Shown one piece after another: positions 31,697-41,137 of a stretch of DNA of 64,000 nt; position 1 is the stretch's first letter, and each line of letters opens with the position of its first letter. The stretch is from the NCBI GenBank assembly GCA_963795855.1, contig CAWCIZ010000003.1, forward strand, positions 736,001 to 800,000, written 5' to 3'. The stretch is from Vulcanimicrobiota bacterium (lineage in GTDB: Bacteria; Vulcanimicrobiota; Vulcanimicrobiia; Vulcanimicrobiales; Vulcanimicrobiaceae). The position numbers and the translations under genes are program-made. Below the pieces are notes generated by a model. It was not told where the DNA came from. It searched no databases and saw nothing but the letters and a program-made list of their open reading frames with translations.

Positions 31697-32158
31697 TCAG
31701 GGTGACAGAGTCGGCTCTTTTGGCCTGAAGACTTTCACGTTGCGAAGTCCTGCCGCGCGGAACGCCGATTCCGCTTTCGCCGCCTCTTCCGGCGCGGCTT
31801 TGTACATCACCAAAGTTCGCCCTTCCGAAATCGCGATGTTGAAGTGCTCCGCCTGGTCCGGTGGAATCAGCGGCAAGCCGCCGAGATAATCCGCGACCGC
31901 ATGATGCGAGCTCGCCGAAAAGGACGCGCCCGAACCGCCTATTCCGGGCACGCTGGTGCCGCTCGAACCGGTCATGATGGTGCTGCTGTTCGAAAGCGAG
32001 CGCGCGCCGGCGGCGTTCCCGGCGTGCGAGGCACCATGCGCGGACGATTTGCTCACCATAGAAAGACAGGTTTGGTCGAGGGCGCTGTCCGCCAAAATTT
32101 CCGTTACTTTCGCCGCGTCCGCCCACGGCGCGATTCCGGTGACGAGGTATTCGGGCAT
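31697..32158 (-). CDS. Hypothetical protein, tandem paralog of 31187..31669
   Basis: MPEYLVTGIA..IPPDQAEHFNIAISEGRTLVMYKA..AGLRNVKVF versus MAEHLVTGIA..AGLKNVKTF. Confidence 0.72.
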   Translation of the reverse strand: MPEYLVTGIAPWADAAKVTEILADSALDQTCLSMVSKSSAHGASHAGNAAGARSLSNSSTIMTGSSGTSVPGIGGSGASFSASSHHAVADYLGGLPLIPPDQAEHFNIAISEGRTLVMYKAAPEEAAKAESAFRAAGLRNVKVFRPKEPTLSP

Positions 32159-32169
32159 TAGGACTCTCC

Positions 32170-33375
32170 TTACGCCATCGCACGCACCGCCCGCGCGAGG
32201 CGTTCGATGCCCACGCGGATTTTTTCCGGTGTCGAGTGCGAGAAATTCAGGCGCATGCCGTCGACCACGTCGCGCTGAGGATAGAACGACACGCCGGGAA
32301 CGAACGCCACTTTCTGCTCGGTAGAAATGCGCAGAAGTTCGGTCGTGTCCACATCGCGCGCGCGTGCCCACATGAACATGCCCCCTTCGGGATGATTGAA
32401 CTGCACGTTCTCCGGCATGTATTCCCGAAGCGCCGCATGCATCACATCTCGCCGCTCGCCGTAGACCTGAACGATCGTAGCGAGATGGCGCTCGAACGCT
32501 TCGCGCTTGGAAACGTATTGCAAAAAGATGTATTGCGCGAGCGTACCGCTTTGTAAGTCGGCGCCTTGTTTGGCGAGAATGAGTTTCTCGCGAACCTCCG
32601 CGTCGTGCATGGCCAGCCAAGCGATGCGCAGGCCGGGCGCCATGATTTTGCTGCCCGTACCGCTGTAGATAACCGTTCCCTCGCGCGAAAACGACGAGAG
32701 CGACGGTAGATGCGAACCGGTAAAGCGTAATTCCCCGTACGGGTCGTCTTCGACGATAGGAACGCCGAAGTGCTCGCAAATTCGCACGATACGCTCCCGG
32801 CGATCGGCGGCGAGCGTTCTGCCCGTCGGATTTTGGAAATTCGGAATCAGATAGACGAACTTCGGAAGCGGCTGCGCGTGCGCGAGCACGTGTTCGAGCG
32901 ACTCCGGAATCACGCCGTCTTCGTCCGTGTCGGCCGTGACGTACCGCGCTTGGTACGCGTCAAACGCCTGAATCGCACCCAAATACGACGGATTTTCCAG
33001 TACGATGTGATCGCCGGGATCGACGAGGATTTTCGCGAGCAAATCCAGGCCTTGCTGCGATCCGTTCACGATGATGACGTCGTCCGCGTCGTACGCCGTG
33101 CCGATGTGCCGCGTCAGACGTTCGGCGACCCAGGTGCGAAGTTCCGGAATCCCGTCCGTCACGCCGTATTGCAGCGCGAGCGAACCGACGTCGCGCATGA
33201 CCTCGCGCGTACACTCGGCGATTGCGTCGGTCGGGAACAGTTCGGGCGCGGGCAATCCGCCGCCAAATGATATGACGTCGGGTTGCTGAGTGACCTTGAG
33301 CATTTCACGGATGGTGGACGCGCGCATGCGCGCGGTGCGCGCCGCGAATCGAGCGGTGCGCGATACGGTTGCCAT
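32170..33375 (-). CDS. PLP-dependent class I aminotransferase (LysN/2-aminoadipate transaminase-like)
   Basis: ISFGGGLPAP, GSQQGLDL, ENPSYLGA, FQNPTG, EDDPYGEL, SKIMAPGLR. Confidence 0.92.
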   Translation of the reverse strand: MATVSRTARFAARTARMRASTIREMLKVTQQPDVISFGGGLPAPELFPTDAIAECTREVMRDVGSLALQYGVTDGIPELRTWVAERLTRHIGTAYDADDVIIVNGSQQGLDLLAKILVDPGDHIVLENPSYLGAIQAFDAYQARYVTADTDEDGVIPESLEHVLAHAQPLPKFVYLIPNFQNPTGRTLAADRRERIVRICEHFGVPIVEDDPYGELRFTGSHLPSLSSFSREGTVIYSGTGSKIMAPGLRIAWLAMHDAEVREKLILAKQGADLQSGTLAQYIFLQYVSKREAFERHLATIVQVYGERRDVMHAALREYMPENVQFNHPEGGMFMWARARDVDTTELLRISTEQKVAFVPGVSFYPQRDVVDGMRLNFSHSTPEKIRVGIERLARAVRAMA

Positions 33376-33415
33376 ACGTTAAGCGTATATTCCCCGAAAT
33401 CGGGGAGGGGCCCGC

Positions 33416-34285
33416 TTACGTGATCGTCGTCATGGGCGGCCCGCCGATCGGCGGACGCGGTCCCGCGCCCGGCGCGGCGGGCGCTGCCGGAGCCATGAAG
33501 TGCGTCTCACGCACGAACGCGAGAATCGCTGCGCCCAATCCCACGAGGCACACCAGCCCAATCACGAGGTGGCCGATCACCGGCACCATTCCCGCCGCTG
33601 CGATGACGACCAGTCCGAGAATGAGCGCCCCCACGGGCGAGGGCGTCGTATGCGGCAGCATCAGTTCGTACAAGCGCCGTCCGATCAGCATGCTCAGCGC
33701 CGCGTATCCGATAAGCGTCGCGGCAAACACCGCGAGCAGTTCGACCGGAATGAGCGGCCATCCGATGAAACTGATGAAGAGCAGCACTGCGATCGGAATG
33801 ATTGCAACGAGCGCGATGACGCCGACCGCAGCGGAAAGCCCCGGATGGTGTTCGACGCGATCGAGCGCCGCGCGAACGCGCACCGGGAAGATCAGAAACG
33901 CGACCAGCACGATGACGCTGTACGCGAGCCACGCGGTGAGGCGATGATTCTCGCGTGCGATGCCCGACCTTACTTCGAACGGCACGAACGGCACGTAGGA
34001 GCCGAAATTCCCGTCGATCTGCTTTTGTTCGCCGGCGATCTGCGCGCCCGGTTCTTTCGTAAGGGTTCCGCCTACGACCGTGACGTCGCCGTCTACCGTT
34101 CCGGCGACGTCGGCGTTGCCGCCGATCACCGTTACGTCGCCTTTCACCTCTTCGTCCGCGGGAACGACGACGTTTCGGCCGATCGCGGTGATGCCTCGGT
34201 CTATCGTGTTCGCGGATGCAACGCCGAACGACGCGAGAAGTGCGACGGCGAAAAGGCTGAAGACGAGCGGAATACGATACTTCAT
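33416..34285 (-). CDS. Exported bactofilin/polymer-forming beta-helix domain fused to multi-TM domain
   Basis: Signal peptide; VKGDVTVIGGNADVAGTVDGDVTVVGG repeats; 5-6 TM helices. Confidence 0.75.
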   Translation of the reverse strand: MKYRIPLVFSLFAVALLASFGVASANTIDRGITAIGRNVVVPADEEVKGDVTVIGGNADVAGTVDGDVTVVGGTLTKEPGAQIAGEQKQIDGNFGSYVPFVPFEVRSGIARENHRLTAWLAYSVIVLVAFLIFPVRVRAALDRVEHHPGLSAAVGVIALVAIIPIAVLLFISFIGWPLIPVELLAVFAATLIGYAALSMLIGRRLYELMLPHTTPSPVGALILGLVVIAAAGMVPVIGHLVIGLVCLVGLGAAILAFVRETHFMAPAAPAAPGAGPRPPIGGPPMTTIT

Positions 34286-34842
34286 GACGCAGACTCCGAA
34301 ACGGACACGAGCCGCGCGGCGAGGCGCGGGCGGATTACGAAATAGAGGAGCGCGAAAGCTGCAGCGATTGCGACGTCGACGACCAGAACGCCCACGCCGA
34401 ACACCGCGAGCGTGGGAGCCAGCGGTGCGACGCCGTGCGAAAAACTTTCCGACATGGCGTCCGAGAAGAATCCCAGGCGTGCCAGTGCGCCGGAAATGGC
34501 GCCGGCAACTGCGGCAGGAGGGGTTCCCGTCACAGCCATGGCGAGAACGGTCGCGACCCATGCGGCCGCGGAATACAGCACCAAAAAACTCCACACGGGA
34601 TGTTGCCGGGCACGCGGAGCCGGGCGCGAGCGCGCTTCAGCCATCACGGCGAACGTGAAATTTTCCGCAAGTTCGAACGTGCGCGTCGTGGCGAGCAAAC
34701 CGTCCACCACCTTGAGTTCTTCGAGCAATCCTCGGCATGACGCGCAGGTCTTGAGATGCGCGGTGATTGCAATCATCGCACGCGGGGGCAGCGTGCCTTC
34801 GACGTACCGGTCGAGCAGCGGCTCACAGGACGAGCAGCGCAT
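34282..34842 (-). CDS. Zinc-binding anti-sigma factor (zf-HC2), membrane-bound
   Basis: MRCSSCEPLLDRYVEGTL..HLKTCASC (HxxxCxxC); two TM helices. Confidence 0.88.
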   Translation of the reverse strand: MRCSSCEPLLDRYVEGTLPPRAMIAITAHLKTCASCRGLLEELKVVDGLLATTRTFELAENFTFAVMAEARSRPAPRARQHPVWSFLVLYSAAAWVATVLAMAVTGTPPAAVAGAISGALARLGFFSDAMSESFSHGVAPLAPTLAVFGVGVLVVDVAIAAAFALLYFVIRPRLAARLVSVSESAS

Positions 34843-35459
34843 TGTGCCCTCCTTTCTCGGCACGCCTCGCCGGAGCGCCGACGCTCGTCGTGTTCGCGCA
34901 TCTTTTGCGCGAGCGCGATCTTGCCGCGGTGAATCAGCGTTTTCACGTTGCCCAACGAAAGGCCGAGCGTGCTCGCGATCGTGTGATATTCCATGTTGTT
35001 GTAGTAGCGCAGCGTCAGCACGGTCCGCGTCCGTTCCGGAAGGTCGGCAAGCGCTTCCCGCAGCTCGCGCTCCGCTTCGTCGCGAAGGATCCCGCTTGCC
35101 GGATCGCAGTCGCGCGAGAGATCCGGGAGCGCATTTTCGAGTGTTTGATCTTCCGGCAGTTCTTGCGTCGGCACGCGGCGCTGCGATTTGCCCAGATGCG
35201 TGCGGACGACGTTGCGCGCGATTTGGTAGATCCAGGTGGAGAACTTGCCGAGCGCGGGATTGAACGTGTCCAAGTGCGCGTATGCCCGCAGGAACGTTTC
35301 CTGTGAGAGGTCGGCGACGTCCGACGGACTGCGGACTCCGGCGCTGATGAAACTTGCGATTCCACGTTTGTAACGGTCTACCAAGACGGAGAAGAGCTCG
35401 CGCTCGCCGTTACGGACCTGCCGCACCAGAGCCTCGTCGCTCTGCTCTCCGATCTCCAT
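34823..35459 (-). CDS. ECF RNA polymerase sigma factor (SigW-like; 3' end probably frameshifted near 34860)
   Basis: DLSQETFLRAY, FSTWIYQIARN (region 2); LPERTRTVLTLRYY..YHTIA..LGNVKTLIHRGK (region 4). Confidence 0.92.
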
Positions 35460-35490
35460 GCTCCTCTAGATTCGGGTTCTTGCGGCGTTC

Positions 35491-35516
35491 TACCGCCGGG
35501 AGAGGCGTTTGTTACA
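35491..35516 (-). promoter_or_regulatory. Candidate autoregulated ECF promoter
   Basis: Minus strand TGTAAC-N16-GGTA upstream of the sigma gene, resembling SigW-type TGAAAC-N16-CGTA. Confidence 0.35.
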
Positions 35517-35535
35517 GGGCGGCCAAGGAAGGGGC

Positions 35536-36410
35536 GTGCCTGCGCTACACCGCGTGCTCATTTTTGGCGGCTCCGGCCAACTCGGCGGCGAGATTCGCCG
35601 GCTCTGGAAAGACCTCGAACTCATCAGTCCCTCGCATGACGAGGTCGACATTACGGACGCCGCGACGGTTGCGGCGGCGATCGCCCGCCATGCCGCCCGA
35701 CGCGGTCGTAAACTGCGCGGCCTTTCACAACGTCGAGCGCTGCGAGGCCGAACCGCAGAGCGCGTTTGCGATCAACGCAATCGCGGTCAACGCCATGGCG
35801 GAGGCATGCGCCGAGCGCGGCACGCCGCTGGTCACGCTCAGCACCGACTACGTATTCGACGGCGAACTCGGCCGCCCGTATACCGAAGCGGAGCGACCGC
35901 GGCCGGTCAGCGTGTACGGCGCCTCGAAGTACGCAGGTGAACTCCTCACGCTTCGTCTGCAGTCGGCCGCGTACGTCGTGCGCACGTGCGGCGTCTATGC
36001 CACGCGCGCGAGCACCAGCAAAGGGTACACGTTCATCGATCGCATCATCGCGCAGGCGCAAGCCGGAGAACCGCTGCGCATCGTTCGCGATCAAACCGTA
36101 TCGCCGACCTATGCGCCGCATCTCGCGGAAGCATTGCTGCGTCTGCTGCAATCGGGCGCGCCCTACGGCGTGTATCACATGGTGAACGAAGGCGCGGTGA
36201 CGTGGTACGACTACGCGCGCGAAGCGTTGCGAATCGCGGGTATAGCGGATGCGGTCGAACCCGTCAGCTACACGGAGTGGCCGTCGAAAGTCCGCCGCCC
36301 GCCGTTTTCAGCGCTCGAGAACGCGAAGCTGCACGACGCTCGGGATACGCTTACCGTCGTGGCGCGAGGGCGTCGCAGCGTATATGCTCGATCGTCTTAC
36401 ACGTCCGTAA
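35536..36410 (+). CDS. rfbD: dTDP-4-dehydrorhamnose reductase (frameshifts near 35695 and 36340)
   Basis: IFGGSGQLG, VVNCAAFHNVERCE, STDYVFDG, YGASKYAGE, DQTVSPT, RPPFSAL, LPSWREG. Confidence 0.92.
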
Positions 36411-37683
36411 GCGGAACGGCGAGCACCGCTTGGCCGTTCGCGAAGAACATCGTGTCGCCGACAATCACCGGCGGCGAAGTGGAAAACGGCTGCAGATACG
36501 AGATCGTGTGCAGGATGCGTCCGGTTTTCCGGTCGATGCGGTAGAAGACGCCCGCCGTATCACCGAAATACACCACGTCGCCTTTGACGACGGACTCATC
36601 TTCACGTTTCCGGACGTGTGCACGGTCCACAGGAGTTTGCCGGTTCGCTCGTTCAGCGCGATAACGCGCGTGAGCGTTGCCGATCGGCTGATACAGCACG
36701 TCGCGATCGGAAACGCCGGCGATCTGGCGTTCTTGTGAAGCGACATACGTATACGGTCCCGGCGGCGCTTCATACGTCCAGCGCGTCTTCCCGCTGCGTT
36801 CGTCTATTGCGGCGACCGTAATCTGTCCGCCGGTGTGAAAGCGCGGATCTTCATCGCGCGAAGCGTTCACGAACACCATACCGCCGTCGACCGTGGGCGC
36901 GCAGTCGCTGCCGCCGTATCGATTCGTCCACCGCGTCTCCCCGTCGCGCACGTCGATGGCGCGCGTCTCGCACGTGTACGGCGCGTTATGGCACGAACTC
37001 GTGAATGCGACGCCGTCGACGACGTTCATCGACGCCATCGTCGGAACGCCGGGCAAAGGCGCGGTCCAGCGCGTCTTTCCGGTAGCAAGATCGAATGCGT
37101 AGGTGTGAAGATCGCCGTTTGCGAGGATCGCCGTGTCGCCGGCTATCGCGGGCGAGGGCATGTTCTCGCCCACCGTATGCACTTTCCAGAGCAAGTGTCC
37201 GTCCGCGGTCGAGAAGGCATACACGTCGTCGCCTTCCGGCCGTCCCCATACTTGCGAGATGTAATCGTCGGGTTTCAGGAAGCCGTCCTTGCCGCTGCCG
37301 ACGATCACGATGCCTTTTCCGACCACCGGCGTAGACATCAGGATGTTGTCCGCAACGGCGCTCCAGCGAACGACGCCGGTCCGCTCGTCCATCGCATAGA
37401 GTTTTTTGTCGAAACTCACCGCGTAAACGACGCCGCCCGTCACCGCGAGGCCGCCGTTGATCTTTCCTCCCAGCACCGTCGTCCATTGAACGCGAAGGCC
37501 GGGGCTCGCGAACACCGCGTTGTGCGTCGGATAGCGCTGGTACATCGGCCATCCGTCGTCCTGGACGGCCGGCGGCTGCAGCGCCGACGGCTCCGCGTGG
37601 GGCGTGCGCAGAAGCAGAACGGCGGCGACCGCTGCGGCCAGCGCGGTCACTACAAAAGGAAGTCCAGGCGGCCGGCGTTTCAT
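36397..37683 (-). CDS. Exported PQQ-like beta-propeller protein (local frameshifts ~36600-36680)
   Basis: N-terminal TM/signal, WPMYQ..HNA, repeated YA.D..TG..RW and SSP motifs. Confidence 0.82.
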   Translation of the reverse strand: MKRRPPGLPFVVTALAAAVAAVLLLRTPHAEPSALQPPAVQDDGWPMYQRYPTHNAVFASPGLRVQWTTVLGGKINGGLAVTGGVVYAVSFDKKLYAMDERTGVVRWSAVADNILMSTPVVGKGIVIVGSGKDGFLKPDDYISQVWGRPEGDDVYAFSTADGHLLWKVHTVGENMPSPAIAGDTAILANGDLHTYAFDLATGKTRWTAPLPGVPTMASMNVVDGVAFTSSCHNAPYTCETRAIDVRDGETRWTNRYGGSDCAPTVDGGMVFVNASRDEDPRFHTGGQITVAAIDERSGKTRWTYEAPPGPYTYVASQERQIAGVSDRDVLYQPIGNAHARYRAERANRQTPVDRAHVRKREDESVVKGDVVYFGDTAGVFYRIDRKTGRILHTISYLQPFSTSPPVIVGDTMFFANGQAVLAVPLTDV

Positions 37684-37726
37684 GGGGCGATTATTCGCTT
37701 GAGGAGAAACGGGTGCATTCCCGTAA

Positions 37727-39322
37727 ATGAAGCGAGATATGGAATTGCACATCGACGGGAGGCTGGTAGAAACCGCACGCGAGCTGGCGGGCGCTATCGC
37801 TGCCCCCGTGAACGACTTCATCGCCGCTCATTCGACCGTTTCCGTCGAGCGCGCCGTGCTGCGTCTGCTTGGCGTGGACGGCGTTGGCGGCGAGGACGTG
37901 CCGGTTCCGAATCTGATCGTCGACGCGCTCGACGACGCGAATCGCGCGCGGGGAGCCGCCGTCGCGTTCGGCCGCGGGCTCGCGCAAACCGGTCTCTCTC
38001 CGGCCGAGCTCGGCGTGGAAATCGCGTCGGGAGCTTTGCAACTGTCCACGTTTTCCGGCGTTCCCGAAGAAGCGGCGCGCGAGATCGTGCGGCGTTACGC
38101 GCGGCGCGCGCTCGATCGAATTGGGGAACGGCGCGAGGAGCGGCGCGAGCTGTTGGCTCGCCTCGCGCAAGAGCCGGCGCCGCTGCTCTACGTCATCGTT
38201 GCAAGCGGCAACATCTACGAAGATCGCACGGCTGCCGTTGCGGCGGCCGAAGCCGGCGCGCAAGTTATCGCGGTGATCCGTTCGACCGGGCAATCGCTGC
38301 TGGACTTTGTTCCGTTCGGTCCGACGACCGAAGGCTTCGGCGGCACGTATGCGACGCAGGCCAACTTCAAGATCGTGCGCGAGGCTTTGGACGAGGCCTC
38401 CGAGCGGCTCGGCCGCTACGTGATGCTCACGAACTACGCAAGCGGTCTGTGCATGCCGGAGATCGCGACGATGGCGGCGATGGAGCGCCTCGACATGCTG
38501 CTGAACGACTCGATGTACGGCATCCTGTTCCGCGACATCAACATGAAGCGCACGTTCATCGATCAGCACTTCAGCCGCATGCTCAACGCCTATTCCGGCA
38601 TCATCATCAACACCGGCGAAGATAACTATCTCACTACCGCCGATGCGGTGGAACAAGCGCCGGCCGTGCTCGCCTCGCAGTTCATCAACGAAGAATTCGC
38701 GCATCGCGCGGGTATGCCGGACGAGCAGATCGGCCTCGGCGACGCGTACGAAATCAATCCGGATTTGCAGGACGGCTTTCTGTACCAAGTCGCGCAGGCG
38801 CAGCTCGCGCGTCAGATTTTCCCCAACGCGCCGCTCAAGTACATGCCGCCGACCAAACACATGACCGGCGACATTTTCAAAGGGCATCTGATCGACGCGA
38901 TGTTCAATCTGACGTCCGTGATGACGCGCCAGACGATTCATCTATGCGGCATGCTCACCGAAGCGATTCATACGCCGTTTATCGGCGATCGCGCGCTCTC
39001 GATCGAAAATGCGCGCTACATCATGAACACGGCGCGGCATTTCGGCGACGAAATCGCGTTCAAGCCGGGCGGCATCATCGAACGGCGCGCGCAGAGCGTT
39101 TTAGCCGACGCCGAAAAACTGCTGCGGCGGGTTGCGGATCAAGGATTGATGAACGCGATCGAAGCGGGTCTCTTCGCGGACGTTTCGCGCTCGCCGGACG
39201 GCGGACGCGGCTTCGACGGCGTGTTCGAGCGCGCGCCGCAGTATTGGAATCCGTTCGAAGAAGAATTGCAACTCGAGCCTCAGGCGCCCAAGGGGAGTGC
39301 ACATGTTACAACGCGTGCTTAG
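37727..39322 (+). CDS. kamD: Lysine 5,6-aminomutase alpha subunit
   Basis: HSTVSVERAVLRLLGVDG, YVIVASGNIYED, AVIRSTGQSLLD, NYASGLCMPEI, INTGEDNY, KYMPPTK, GMLTEAIHTP. Confidence 0.95.
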   Translation: MKRDMELHIDGRLVETARELAGAIAAPVNDFIAAHSTVSVERAVLRLLGVDGVGGEDVPVPNLIVDALDDANRARGAAVAFGRGLAQTGLSPAELGVEIASGALQLSTFSGVPEEAAREIVRRYARRALDRIGERREERRELLARLAQEPAPLLYVIVASGNIYEDRTAAVAAAEAGAQVIAVIRSTGQSLLDFVPFGPTTEGFGGTYATQANFKIVREALDEASERLGRYVMLTNYASGLCMPEIATMAAMERLDMLLNDSMYGILFRDINMKRTFIDQHFSRMLNAYSGIIINTGEDNYLTTADAVEQAPAVLASQFINEEFAHRAGMPDEQIGLGDAYEINPDLQDGFLYQVAQAQLARQIFPNAPLKYMPPTKHMTGDIFKGHLIDAMFNLTSVMTRQTIHLCGMLTEAIHTPFIGDRALSIENARYIMNTARHFGDEIAFKPGGIIERRAQSVLADAEKLLRRVADQGLMNAIEAGLFADVSRSPDGGRGFDGVFERAPQYWNPFEEELQLEPQAPKGSAHVTTRA

Positions 39323-39337
39323 GCGCCATGAAGAGAA

Positions 39338-39391
39338 GGGGGCCCCGCAGCGCGGGGGCCGCGCAGTCCAGGACGGAGCGCCTTTAGAATG
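39338..39391 (+). repeat. Palindromic ~55-nt element, copy 1, abutting kamE ATG
   Basis: GGGGGCCCC-GCAGC-GCGGGGGC..GTCCAGGAC-GGAGCGCCTTT..ATG; homologous to 41886..41939. Confidence 0.65.
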
Positions 39392-40123
39392 ACGCAGCTC
39401 GTCAAGCCCTACGGCGATACGATGAACGACGGCAAAGTGCAGCTCTCGTTCACACTGCCGGTGCAGTGGAGCGAAGCCGCCGACGAAGCCGCGCGGCAGT
39501 TGGCGGTAAAGATAGGCTTCACCGACGTTCAAGTCGTCGAAGGCCGGCCCATCGCATCCGGATTTTCATTTTTCGTCGTTTACGGCAGCACGCCGCACGC
39601 GCTCGACTTTTCGACGATCTCCGCTCCGTCGGCGAAGACGCACGCGATGTCGATGGAGGAAGTCGATGCGTTCGTCGCCGAGCGCATCGGGCGTAAACTC
39701 CGCGTCGCCGGCGCGTGCATTGGTACGGACGCGCATACCGTGGGTATCGATGCAATCCTGAACATGAAGGGCTACAAAGGCGACTACGGGCTCGAACGCT
39801 ACAAGATGTTCGAAACGTATAATCTGGGCAGTCAGGTGTCGGTCGAGGAACTCGTGCGATTTGCGAAAGAAAAACGGATCGACGCGCTGCTGGCTTCGCA
39901 GGTCGTCACGCAGAAAGGCAGCGACGTGAAAAACTTCACGGCGCTCGTCGAATTGCTCGAAGCCGAAGGTTTGCGCGATCGCATCGTGCTGTGCTGCGGC
40001 GGCCCGCGCGTGACGAACTTGATGGCGACGGAACTCGGTTATGATGCCGGTTTCGGACGCGGAACCGTCCCGAGCGAAGTTGCGGCGTTCATCGCGACGC
40101 GCATAGCCGCGCCGGCGCACTGA
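39389..40123 (+). CDS. kamE: Lysine 5,6-aminomutase beta subunit (cobalamin/PLP-binding)
   Basis: KPYGDTMNDGKVQLSFTLP, DAHTVG (DxHxxG), ILNMKGY (PLP lysine), SQVVTQK, GYDAGFGRG. Confidence 0.95.
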   Translation: MTQLVKPYGDTMNDGKVQLSFTLPVQWSEAADEAARQLAVKIGFTDVQVVEGRPIASGFSFFVVYGSTPHALDFSTISAPSAKTHAMSMEEVDAFVAERIGRKLRVAGACIGTDAHTVGIDAILNMKGYKGDYGLERYKMFETYNLGSQVSVEELVRFAKEKRIDALLASQVVTQKGSDVKNFTALVELLEAEGLRDRIVLCCGGPRVTNLMATELGYDAGFGRGTVPSEVAAFIATRIAAPAH

Positions 40124-40125
40124 AC

Positions 40126-41121
40126 GTGGGCGATCGGCGCAGCGTTCTGATCACCGGCGCGTCCGGCTTCATCGGATCGCACTTGACGGACGCGTATCTT
40201 GCGCAAGGCTGGATCGTGATCGGCCTCGACAATTTCGTTACGGGAAATCGCGCAAATTTGGCCGATGCATTCCGCTCGCCGCATTTTCGGTTGTTCGAGC
40301 GCGACGTCACGCAGCCGCCGCGCACCCTCATCGACGAAATCGCTCGCGATTGCGGCGCTCCGGACCTCGTCTTGCATTTTGCCTCACCCGCAAGCCCGGT
40401 CGACTACGCGCAGTTGCCGCTCGAAACGCTGGACGTCAACAGCAAGGGCACCGAGTTCTGCGCGCGCGCCGCGCTGGAATGGAATGCTCGTCTGCTCTAT
40501 GCCTCGACCTCGGAAGCCTACGGCGATCCGCTCGAGCACCCGCAGCGCGAAACGTATTGGGGACACGTCAATCCCGTCGGCCCCCGTTCGTGTTACGACG
40601 AGTCCAAACGCTTCGGCGAGGCGCTCGTCATGGCGTTCGTGCGTTCGCGCGGCCTCGACGCGCGCATCATCCGCATCTTCAACACATACGGCCCGCGGAT
40701 GCGCTCGGACGACGGACGGGTCGTTCCGAATTTTATTCTGCAGGCGCTGCGCGAGCAGCCGCTGACCATTTACGGCGACGGCTCCCAAACGCGCTCGTTT
40801 TGCTACGTGGACGACTTGGTGGCGGGAATCATGGCGTGCGCTGCCTGCGGCGGGGCGCGAGGCCGCGTGGTGAATCTGGGAAATCCCGAAGAGTACCCGA
40901 TTCGGGAGTTCGCGCGCATCGTCGCGCAAATTGCGAACGCGGAGTTGCGCACGGAATCCAAACCGATGCCGCCGGACGACCCGACGCGCCGTTGTCCGGA
41001 CATCGCGGTTGCTCGGCAACTGCTCGACTGGGAGCCGAAAGTACCACTGCGCGAAGGGCTGCGCCGCACGATCGAGCAGATGCGGGCCGCGCTCTGCCAG
41101 GCGGAAGCGCGCCTGACGTAA
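40126..41121 (+). CDS. UDP-glucuronate decarboxylase-like SDR
   Basis: ITGASGFIGSH, HFASPASP, ASTSEAYGDP, GPRSCYDESKR, RIFNTYGPRM, DDPTRRCPDI. Confidence 0.92.
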   Translation: MGDRRSVLITGASGFIGSHLTDAYLAQGWIVIGLDNFVTGNRANLADAFRSPHFRLFERDVTQPPRTLIDEIARDCGAPDLVLHFASPASPVDYAQLPLETLDVNSKGTEFCARAALEWNARLLYASTSEAYGDPLEHPQRETYWGHVNPVGPRSCYDESKRFGEALVMAFVRSRGLDARIIRIFNTYGPRMRSDDGRVVPNFILQALREQPLTIYGDGSQTRSFCYVDDLVAGIMACAACGGARGRVVNLGNPEEYPIREFARIVAQIANAELRTESKPMPPDDPTRRCPDIAVARQLLDWEPKVPLREGLRRTIEQMRAALCQAEARLT

Positions 41122-41137
41122 GCGAAGAAACCGCTCC

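Noticed and set aside
37684..37726. Cobalamin riboswitch upstream of kamD
   Set aside because: The gap is only ~43 nt and no B12-box-like sequence was seen.
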